Source: Phycisphaerales bacterium
GTDB taxonomy: Bacteria; Planctomycetota; Phycisphaerae; Phycisphaerales; UBA1924
NCBI GenBank assembly: GCA_029260315.1
Contig: JAJDDM010000072.1
Coordinates: 1,357-65,356 of the forward strand
Direction: 5' to 3'
Length of the DNA stretch: 64,000 bases
Shown here: one piece after another, positions 1 to 6,786 of the stretch
Layout of the letters: each line of letters begins with the position of its first letter
How positions within the stretch are numbered: position 1 is the stretch's first letter
Program-made: the position numbers and the translations under genes
Notes under the pieces: model-generated
Seen by the model: the letters and a program-made list of their open reading frames with translations, nothing else
What the model was told of the DNA's origin: nothing
Databases searched by the model: none

Positions 1-2368
1 TCGCCTCGATCCGCGCGATCTCCTCGGCGCTTACCGGCTTGTTGTGCGAGAAATCGAACCGCAGCCGATCCGGCGCGACCAGCGACCCCTTCTGCTCCAC
101 CCCCTCGCCCAGCACGTCGCGCAGCGCGAAGTTCATCACATGCGTCATCGTGTGGTTCGCGCGGATCGGCTCCCGCCGATCGCGATCGACATGCACCTCG
201 GCGCGATCTCCCACGCGGACGTGCCCGTCGGTCACATGCCCCACATGCAGCACATACCCGCCGATCGCGTCCGCGCGCCGGACGCGAAAACTCCCGGCGC
301 CGTCGCCCGGATCGTTGCTCTCGTGGGACACGACGAAGATCCGCCCGGTGTCGCTCTCCTGCCCGCCGCTCTCGGCGTAGAAGCATGTGTGGTCGAGGAT
401 CATCGCGATCGGATGCCCCGCGGCCCCCGTTCCCGTGTGCACCGAGTTATCCCAGTCCCGCCCGGTCCAGATCGCCCGCACCGTCGCGATCTTCGCGGTC
501 CGCTCGTACTTCGAGCTGTCGTCGGTCGGGGGGATGCCGCGCTGCCGCAGGCTCTCCACCGCCTCGGCGGTCATCGTCAGGGCTCGGTCACTCCCGGCCT
601 TGCCCCCGGCGCGGCTTCGCTCGCGCTGCTCGGCCATGCAACGCTCGAAGCCTTCAATGTCGACGGTCAAGCCACGCTCCTCGGCCATGAGTTGGGTGAG
701 GTCTGGAGGAAAGCCATAAGTGTCATAGAGTTTGAATACGTCTTCACCCAGCATCCTTGGCACAGATTCGAAGTAGTGTTCGATTAGGCGTGGCGTTACT
801 TCGGCGTAACTAAACTGCAAGAAGGGCTCATCGTGGCCTCTCTCGAAGATAGTGAAGGTTGAATGTTCATCAATGCCCATTGCGATCGGTCTTCGGTCAT
901 CCTGGTCCAAGACGCGCTCGATTTGAGCAGGCATGGTCTCGCGAGTTAGTGCCAACAAGTACTTGTTCTCGGTATCATCCTTGAGCGTGAACTGACGAAA
1001 AACGGCGTCGCCGGCATATGACGCGAAAACCCGCAGGCCCCGATCCAACGTCCTCCCAAAGCTCTCCTCCTCCTCCAGCACCACCTCGCGCACAAACTTC
1101 TCCCGCTTGCGCAGCTCCGCAAACGCCTCCCCCATCTGCTCGACAATCACCGGCACCAGCCCGGCGAGAAACCCCGTCTCCGCCCCCAGCATCTGACGCC
1201 CGTACCGCACCGCTCGGCGCAGCACTCGCCGCAGCACATACCCCCGCCCCTCATTGCTCGGCACCGCCCCATCGGCGATCGCAAACGTCAGCGTCCGCGC
1301 ATGGTCGGCGATCACCCGATACGCCGTGTCCACCTGCCCCTCGTCCTCTTCCCCAAGCTTCCCCGCGTACGCTCGCGCCCCCGTCGCCTCCTGGATCGCG
1401 TCGAAGATCGGCGTGAATAGATCCGTGTCGTAGTTCGAGAGCTTGTTCTGCAAGATGCTGGTCAGTCGCTCCAGCCCCATCCCCGTATCCACATGCCTCG
1501 CCGGCAGCGGCTTGAGCTGGGTAGATCGGCTCTCCGAGCCGATTCCCGAGGCGTCCTGGGTAGGTCGGCTCTCCGAGCCGACATCGGGGGCGACGATCTG
1601 GGTAGATCGGCTCTCCGAGCCGACATCGGGGTCGTCCGAGGTGCCTTGCGTGGGAGCTTTGCTCGTCGTCGTGTCGGCTCGGAGACCCGACCTACCCATT
1701 TGCCGATCGAACTGGATGAACACCAGATTCCAGACTTCGAGCACGTTGGGGTCGTCCTGGTTGACAAGCCCCGCCGCGTCGCGCCCGCCGATTCTGTCAT
1801 AGTGAATCTCGCTGCAAGGCCCGCACGGCCCGGTCTCGCCCATCTCCCAGAAGTTGTCCTTCATATTCCCCGCCAAGACCCGCGCCGCCGGCAGGTACTT
1901 CAACCAGATCTCCCGCGCCTCCTCATCCGCCCCCAACTCCTGCCCCGCATCGCCCTCGAAATACGTCGCGTACAGCCGATCCTCGGGGATCCCGCACTCC
2001 TCGGTCAGAAACTCCCACGCCCAGCCGATCGCCTCTTCCTTGAAGTAATCGCCGATCGACCAGTTCCCCAGCATCTCGAAGAACGTGTGGTGATAGGTGT
2101 CCTTGCCGACGTCCTCCAGATCGTTGTGCTTGCCCCCGGCACGGATGCACTTCTGGCTGTTCACCGCCCGGGCCAGTCCTTCCAGCGGCGACCCCGCCGA
2201 AACCTGCCCCAGAAACGCCGGCTTGAACTGGTTCATCCCCGCGTTGGTGAACAGCAGCGTCGGATCATCGTGCGGCACCACCGGGCTCGACGGATAGAAC
2301 CGATGCCCGTGCCTGGCGACGAAGAAGTCGATGAACCGCTTGCGGATCTCGCTGCTGGTCGGGGGCAT
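1..2368 (-). CDS. alaS: alanine--tRNA ligase (AlaRS); the 3' end runs off the left edge of the window
   Basis: Absent from the ORF track because there is no stop in the window. Manual minus-strand translation from ATG 2368-2366 gives [89 protein letters not shown] and LYDTYGFP. These are class II AlaRS signature blocks. The frame stays open to position 1. Confidence 0.93.
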   Translation of the reverse strand, partial: MPPTSSEIRKRFIDFFVARHGHRFYPSSPVVPHDDPTLLFTNAGMNQFKPAFLGQVSAGSPLEGLARAVNSQKCIRAGGKHNDLEDVGKDTYHHTFFEMLGNWSIGDYFKEEAIGWAWEFLTEECGIPEDRLYATYFEGDAGQELGADEEAREIWLKYLPAARVLAGNMKDNFWEMGETGPCGPCSEIHYDRIGGRDAAGLVNQDDPNVLEVWNLVFIQFDRQMGRSGLRADTTTSKAPTQGTSDDPDVGSESRSTQIVAPDVGSESRPTQDASGIGSESRSTQLKPLPARHVDTGMGLERLTSILQNKLSNYDTDLFTPIFDAIQEATGARAYAGKLGEEDEGQVDTAYRVIADHARTLTFAIADGAVPSNEGRGYVLRRVLRRAVRYGRQMLGAETGFLAGLVPVIVEQMGEAFAELRKREKFVREVVLEEEESFGRTLDRGLRVFASYAGDAVFRQFTLKDDTENKYLLALTRETMPAQIERVLDQDDRRPIAMGIDEHSTFTIFERGHDEPFLQFSYAEVTPRLIEHYFESVPRMLGEDVFKLYDTYGFPPDLTQLMAEERGLTVDIEGFERCMAEQRERSRAGGKAGSDRALTMTAEAVESLRQRGIPPTDDSSKYERTAKIATVRAIWTGRDWDNSVHTGTGAAGHPIAMILDHTCFYAESGGQESDTGRIFVVSHESNDPGDGAGSFRVRRADAIGGYVLHVGHVTDGHVRVGDRAEVHVDRDRREPIRANHTMTHVMNFALRDVLGEGVEQKGSLVAPDRLRFDFSHNKPVSAEEIARIEA
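1519..1697. mobile_element. REP/REPIN-like array, family D: three direct and one inverted 25-nt GTAG-hairpin units, in-frame inside alaS
   Basis: Direct copies of GGGTAG(A/G)TCGGCTCTCCGAGCCGA(C/T) lie at 1519-1543, 1558-1582 and 1600-1624. The reverse complement lies at 1673-1697. Each unit has a 7-bp stem and 3-nt loop (TCGGCTC TCC GAGCCGA) preceded by GTAG. Confidence 0.85.
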
Positions 2369-2410
2369 GGGGGCTCCTGGAGTCATCCTCCCGGATGGTA
2401 GCGTTCTCAC

Positions 2411-2440
2411 AAAACAGAGCCGCGAGCGCAAGCTCGCGAC
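2411..2440. repeat. REP family A copy (left flank of the RayT-like gene)
   Basis: The sequence is AAAACAGAGCCGCGAGCGCAAGCTCGCGAC, with palindrome CGCGAGC-GCAA-GCTCGCG at 2421-2438. It is the reverse complement of the copy at 3097-3127. Confidence 0.85.
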
Positions 2441-2485
2441 GAGACATGCAAGTACCCGCGTCGTCCCACCTTGCCGGTAGCCCGG

Positions 2486-3019
2486 TCAGGATCCCCCTCG
2501 ATGAAACGGCAACCTCTGCCGCTCGCCGACGTACCGGACAGCCCCGCGCACCGCCTCCCCATTCCACAGATACCGCGTGCTTCCGTGCCGAGCCCAGAGC
2601 CTGGTCCCCTCCGTCAGCGCTTCTTTCCGAAGCCTGCGCGTCGCCCACGACTTGAGCTGCCGCATGATCTCCTCGGGCGACTCTTCCGGGGCCGTCAGCA
2701 CGACATGGACGTGCGTGCTCATGGCGTCAGGGGCGAGAAGCGTCCAGTTGCGGATCTTCGCGTGGTCGGCGATCGACCGCCTGACGATGCGCTGGGCGGG
2801 CGCTGTCAGGCGGAACGGAGGCGAGGTCATGCGTCGGCGCGCGGCGTTCTCGCGCAGTTCGTCCTTGGGGTAGTACGGGGTTGCGAACTCGTTGTGTGTG
2901 GAATCCACCGACCCGCGAGCATCGCCATGGAGGCGGTGACCATAAGTGGACCAAGTCAGGAAGTAGGCGAGCGGGCGGCGCTTCGATTCTCTGGTTCGAA
3001 TCGCCGGGTCACCTTCCAT
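2486..3019 (-). CDS. REP-associated tyrosine transposase-like protein (RayT / IS200-IS605 Y1 HUH family), 177 aa
   Basis: This is the 3' 534 nt of ORF 2486..4840(-), starting at ATG 3019-3017 (MEGDPAIRTRESKRRPLAYFLTWSTYGHRLHGD). It has an HUH motif in STHVHVVL and a C-terminal GSTRYLW tyrosine region. It is bracketed by inverted REP-A copies. Confidence 0.8.
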   Translation of the reverse strand: MEGDPAIRTRESKRRPLAYFLTWSTYGHRLHGDARGSVDSTHNEFATPYYPKDELRENAARRRMTSPPFRLTAPAQRIVRRSIADHAKIRNWTLLAPDAMSTHVHVVLTAPEESPEEIMRQLKSWATRRLRKEALTEGTRLWARHGSTRYLWNGEAVRGAVRYVGERQRLPFHRGGS

Positions 3020-3096
3020 GGTCGGCAGGATACCGTGCAAGTGGAAGAGTTGGCATTGTTTGCCGAGAACGGTACGGGCTGCCTGCCGGACGACCA

Positions 3097-3127
3097 ATCG
3101 CGAGCTTGCGCTCGCGGCTCCGTTTTG
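3097..3127. repeat. REP family A copy (right flank of the RayT-like gene)
   Basis: The sequence is ATCGCGAGCTTGCGCTCGCGGCTCCGTTTTG, with palindrome CGCGAGC-TTGC-GCTCGCG at 3099-3116. Confidence 0.85.
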
Positions 3128-3165
3128 GGGTGCGCTCCAATCCGACCGCCGCCGATAGCCGATAA

Positions 3166-3200
3166 CCCATCGCGAGCTTGTGCCCGCGCCTCCGCGTTCT
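3166..3200. repeat. Degenerate REP family A copy
   Basis: CCCATCGCGAGCTTGTGCCCGCGCCTCCGCGTTCT has the same head as the rlmN copy (ACCCATCGCGAGC). The stem carries a mismatch. Confidence 0.5.
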
Positions 3201-3220
3201 CGCCCGGTAGGATCCCCCAT

Positions 3221-4636
3221 ATGGCCCACTACGACCTCCTCGTCATCGGCTCCGGACCCGCCGGCTACAAAGCCGCCATCCAGGCCGCCAAGCTCGGCCG
3301 CCGCGTCTGCGTCGTCGAAAAGGAACGCGTCGTCGGCGGGGCCGCCATCAACACCGGCACCATCCCCTCCAAGGCCCTTCGCGAGGCCATCCTGACCCTC
3401 GCCGAGCGACCCGTCGTCATGCCCCGCTTCGACGACTTTACCGCCGCCCGCAACGCCGTGTTCTCCAACCTCCGCGGCTGCTGCTCCAAGATCATCGCCA
3501 GCGAGGTCAACATCGTCCGCGAGCACTTCGCGCGCAACGGCGTCGACCTCCGCGAGGGCTGCGCCCGCTTCGTTGATGACAAGACCATCGACGTCGGCTG
3601 CCAGGACTCCCACGTCAAACTCACCGCCGACAAAGTCGTCATCGCCGTCGGCACCACCCCGGCCCGCCCCGAGGGCGTCGCGTTCGACGACCGCACGATC
3701 ATCACCTCCGACGAGATCGTCGATCTCCAGTTCCTGCCCCACTCGATGATCGTCGTCGGTGGTGGGGTCATCGGCACCGAGTACGCCAGCATGCTCAGCG
3801 CCCTGGGCGTCAAGGTCACGCTCATCGAAGGACGCGACCGCCTGCTCGACTTCGTCGACAGCGAGATCACCGAGGCTCTGCAATACCACCTCCGCCAGAA
3901 CGGCATGACTCTCCGCCTGGGAGAAAAGGTCACTAGGATCGAGGCCATCGACGCCCCGCCCGCCGCGCGCACCGCCGACAACCGCATGGCCCAGGCCACG
4001 CTCGATTCCGGCAAGACCCTGCGCGCCGACTGCCTGCTCTACGCCATCGGCCGCCAGGGCGCGACCGACGCGCTCGACCTCCAGAACGCGGGCCTTTCCG
4101 CCGACAACCGCGGCCGCATCAAGGTCAACGACAACTACCAGACCGAGGCCAGCCACATCTACGCCGTGGGCGATGTCATCGGCTTCCCCGCCCTCGCCAG
4201 CACCTCCATGGAACAGGGCCGCCAGGCGGCGTGCCACATGTTCGGCGAGTCCTGCCACAAGATGGACGAACTCCTGCCCTACGGCATATACGCCGTGCCC
4301 GAGATCTCCATGGTCGGCTGGACCGAGCAGCGCCTCACCGACGAGGGCATCCCCTACGAGTCCGGCATCGCCCAGTACAAAGAGATCGCGAGGGGCCAGC
4401 TCCTCGGCGACGAGATCGGCATGCTCAAGATCCTCGTCCACCAGGAGTCCCGACACATTCTCGGCGTCCACGCCATCGGCACCGGCGCGACCGAGCTCAT
4501 CCACATCGGCCAGACCGCCCTCGCCTTCCACGCCACGATCGACTACTTCGTCGACACCGTCTTCAACTACCCGACCCTGGCCGAGTGCTACAAGGTCGCC
4601 GCCTACAACGCCGTCAACAAACTCCTCGGCGTGTGA
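3221..4636 (+). CDS. sthA: Si-specific NAD(P)+ transhydrogenase (soluble pyridine nucleotide transhydrogenase), 471 aa
   Basis: Internal ATG of ORF 2471..4636 gives MAHYDLLVIGSGPAGYKAAIQAAKLGRRVCVVEK, an FAD Rossmann fold. GGAAINTGTIPSK lacks the CxxxxC redox disulfide of LpdA, as expected for SthA. The C-terminal dimerisation domain is present. Confidence 0.85.
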   Translation: MAHYDLLVIGSGPAGYKAAIQAAKLGRRVCVVEKERVVGGAAINTGTIPSKALREAILTLAERPVVMPRFDDFTAARNAVFSNLRGCCSKIIASEVNIVREHFARNGVDLREGCARFVDDKTIDVGCQDSHVKLTADKVVIAVGTTPARPEGVAFDDRTIITSDEIVDLQFLPHSMIVVGGGVIGTEYASMLSALGVKVTLIEGRDRLLDFVDSEITEALQYHLRQNGMTLRLGEKVTRIEAIDAPPAARTADNRMAQATLDSGKTLRADCLLYAIGRQGATDALDLQNAGLSADNRGRIKVNDNYQTEASHIYAVGDVIGFPALASTSMEQGRQAACHMFGESCHKMDELLPYGIYAVPEISMVGWTEQRLTDEGIPYESGIAQYKEIARGQLLGDEIGMLKILVHQESRHILGVHAIGTGATELIHIGQTALAFHATIDYFVDTVFNYPTLAECYKVAAYNAVNKLLGV

Positions 4637-4978
4637 CGGGTCACCACGAGAAAACACAGAGAGCACAGAGGGCACAGAGGGCACAGAGGGCACAGAGGGC
4701 ACAGAGGGCACAGAGGGCACAGAGGGCACAGAGGGCACAGAGGGCACAGAGGGCACAGAGGGCACAGAGGGCACAGAGGAAGAATATTCACCACGGAGTT
4801 GCGCGGAGTTCAAGGTGCGGAATCGGATCGTCCTCGACACCGTTCCTTCCGACTCCGTGTCACTCCGTGAAACTCCGTGGTGAACTCCTTGCTTTTCTCT
4901 CGTGCCCTCTGCGCCCTCTTGTGGTTCATTCCTGCTCTTCGCTTTTCGCTTTTCACTTTTCGTTTTCTACCCTCCCCC
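4637..4978. repeat. Nested imperfect palindrome filling the sthA-holB spacer (repeat family G)
   Basis: TTCACCACGGAGT at 4787-4799 mirrors ACTCCGTGGTGAA at 4872-4884. The CACAGAGGG units on the left mirror CCCTCTG units at 4905-4920. Four (G/A)CTTTTC heptamers lie at 4941-4967. Confidence 0.8.
4655..4780. repeat. Tandem repeat, 14 x 9 bp (CACAGAGGG)
   Basis: Counted directly: the units start at 4655 and recur every 9 nt to 4772. The first unit is CACAGAGAG and the last is CACAGAGGA. The repeat is open in all frames (the TEGTEG, QRAQRA and PSVPSV artefact ORFs). Confidence 0.97.
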
Positions 4979-6118
4979 GTGGCCAAGCGCACCAAGAAAC
5001 CCAAGCCCCCCCGCGAGATCCCCCTCGAAGCCACCCCCTACAAGCCCTACGAGCACGCGCCCCACCTCGCCGACATCGTCGCCCAGGACCGCGCCATCGC
5101 GATCCTCGACGGCGCAATCAACTCCGCCCGCATCCATCACGCCTGGATCTTCCAGGGCCCCGAGGGCGTCGGCAAGTTCTCCACCGCCCTCGCCCTCGCT
5201 CGCGTCCTGCTCGATCCCGGCTCCACGCCGGACCTCGCCGCCCAGATCCGACCCGACCCCGACAGCCAGATCCAGCGCCTGATCGACGCCGGCGCACACC
5301 CCGACCTGCACGTCATCCGCCGAACGCTGTCGGTCTACAGCCGCAAGCCCCAGGTCCGCATCGCCAAGCAGGCCAATATCCCCCTGGAGGTCGTCCGCGA
5401 GTTCCTGCTCGAACTCGCGGCCCGCACCCGCGTGCTTTCGGGCGACAGCCTCAGCCACAAGGTCCTGATCGTCGACGAGGCCCACCACCTGGCCTCCCAG
5501 GGCCAGAACGCGATGCTCAAGACCCTCGAAGAGCCGCCCGCGGGCACGGTCATCATCCTCATCACCAGCCGCGAGTCACGTCTGGTCACCACCGTCCGCA
5601 GCCGCTGCCAGCGCGTCGCCTTCGCCCCGCTCAATGAGCCCTCCATGCGCCGCGTCCTCGGCGCCCGCGAGATCGAGCCCGACCCCTGGCTCCTGGAGAT
5701 GGCCGACGGCTCCCCGGGCGAGTACCTCCGCATGTCCGCCCTCGGCGTCGCCCAGTGGCAGGACACCCTCGAGCCCATGCTCGCCGATCTCGCCCGCAAT
5801 CGCTATCCCGCCGCCTTCGGCTCGGCCGCCGCCGCCATGGTCGAAGCCGCCGCCAAGGCCATGGTCGAGGGCGACCCCCGCGCAAGCAAGGACGCCGCGA
5901 ATCGTGAGGCCATCGCACTGCTGATCCGCATCATCGCCAGGCGTGCCCGCGCCCACATGCTCGCCGATCCAGAGAGCCCCTGGTCGGAAGTCCCCGAAGC
6001 GTTGTCCACGATCGAGACGCTGATCGCTCAGAACGTCCCGATCCTCTTCGCCGCCGACCGCCTCGCTCTGGCGATCCACGACGCTCTCCAGGGCGAGCCC
6101 GCCGGTGCCGTGGTCTAA
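4979..6118 (+). CDS. holB: DNA polymerase III subunit delta-prime
   Basis: ORF 4877..6118 contains HAWIFQGPEGVGKFSTALALARVLL (a degenerate P-loop), LIVDEAHHL, NAMLKTLEEPP and RSRCQ. The start is set at in-frame GTG 4979, because the upstream part is the T-rich repeat. The start is uncertain. Confidence 0.8.
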   Translation: MAKRTKKPKPPREIPLEATPYKPYEHAPHLADIVAQDRAIAILDGAINSARIHHAWIFQGPEGVGKFSTALALARVLLDPGSTPDLAAQIRPDPDSQIQRLIDAGAHPDLHVIRRTLSVYSRKPQVRIAKQANIPLEVVREFLLELAARTRVLSGDSLSHKVLIVDEAHHLASQGQNAMLKTLEEPPAGTVIILITSRESRLVTTVRSRCQRVAFAPLNEPSMRRVLGAREIEPDPWLLEMADGSPGEYLRMSALGVAQWQDTLEPMLADLARNRYPAAFGSAAAAMVEAAAKAMVEGDPRASKDAANREAIALLIRIIARRARAHMLADPESPWSEVPEALSTIETLIAQNVPILFAADRLALAIHDALQGEPAGAVV

Positions 6119-6216
6119 GCGAGTCTTCGAGCGCAGGCCACGCGATTGCACGCTTGACGTCGCTTCCGCTGTCGAGTCCAAAACGAATAGCCGTTCGGAG
6201 CACCGACCATGGCACC
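6104..6216. mobile_element. MITE-like element, family C, copy 1
   Basis: GGTGCCGTGGTCTAAGCGAGTCTTCGAGCGCAGGCCACGC is nearly identical to 11173-11212 and to the reverse complement of 62194-62233. The right end CCATGGCACC approximates the inverted terminus. It overlaps the last holB codons and stop. Confidence 0.7.
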
Positions 6217-6282
6217 CTTCGAGACTTCGCGCGCACGCCGCGCGTTCAGACGTTTTCGCGATCGCCGAATCACATGGGAATC

Positions 6283-6741
6283 TCAGGCCTCGAAGCTCAG
6301 GCTCGCGCGTGCCGATCCGTCCGTCGCGTCGACGCTCGAACCCGTCCCGCGTTCCTTCGCGAGCTGGTCCATCAGCATCACCCAGGTCTCACGCTCATAC
6401 TCGAGCACCTCGATCACCCGCCCCAGCCGCCCGCCGTCCCGATCGACGCCGAGGGCCATCAGCTCGCGATACAGGAACGCGTACACCGAACGCACGCGCT
6501 CGGCGAGCTCCGGATCCGGCTCATCCCGGATCGTCGTCAGCAGCTCCGAAACAATCGCCCGGCACTGCGAGATCCCCGAGATCGCTCCCTCCACGTCGGA
6601 CCGCTCGATCGCCTCCATCCCCTGGGTCGCGAACCGGATCGCCCCATCCAGGAGCATCAGCCGAAGCTCCTCGGGCGAGGCGGTCATCACCCGCGTCCGC
6701 AGATACTCATCGCTCGCCTTCTGTTGGGTTTGGATACTCAT
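6283..6741 (-). CDS. fliS: flagellar export chaperone FliS
   Basis: 152 aa. The N-terminus YLRTRVMTASPEELRLMLLDGAIRF is typical of FliS. It lies immediately downstream of fliD. Confidence 0.85.
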   Translation of the reverse strand: MSIQTQQKASDEYLRTRVMTASPEELRLMLLDGAIRFATQGMEAIERSDVEGAISGISQCRAIVSELLTTIRDEPDPELAERVRSVYAFLYRELMALGVDRDGGRLGRVIEVLEYERETWVMLMDQLAKERGTGSSVDATDGSARASLSFEA

Positions 6742-6786
6742 GCGGCCGCCTGTATCGGTCGTCCCCTCAACGCACTTGAATGCCGA

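Noticed and set aside
690-1025. The low-GC insert in alaS as an intein.
   Set aside because: There is no Cys, Ser or Thr at the putative N-extein junction. There is no His-Asn plus nucleophile at the C-junction and no HINT blocks. The low-GC patch also covers conserved AlaRS residues.
1519-1697. A possible mini-CRISPR array (25-nt repeats spaced 39-42 nt apart), also at 40319-40451.
   Set aside because: The spacers are only 11-17 nt and one unit is inverted. The arrays lie inside conserved ORFs, and no cas genes or leader are present. They fit REP/REPIN architecture instead.
3020-4840. The 5' three-quarters of the 784-aa minus-strand ORF 2486..4840.
   Set aside because: It is antisense to the well-supported sthA and then reads through the 9-bp tandem repeat (PSVPSVPSV). 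Only the last 177 codons (2486-3019) look like a real RayT-like gene with its own ATG.
4173-5637. ORFs translating the 9-bp repeat as TEGTEGTEG, QRAQRAQRA or CPLCPLCPL.
   Set aside because: A 9-bp period is open in every frame by construction. These ORFs overlap sthA and holB in other frames and have no start context.
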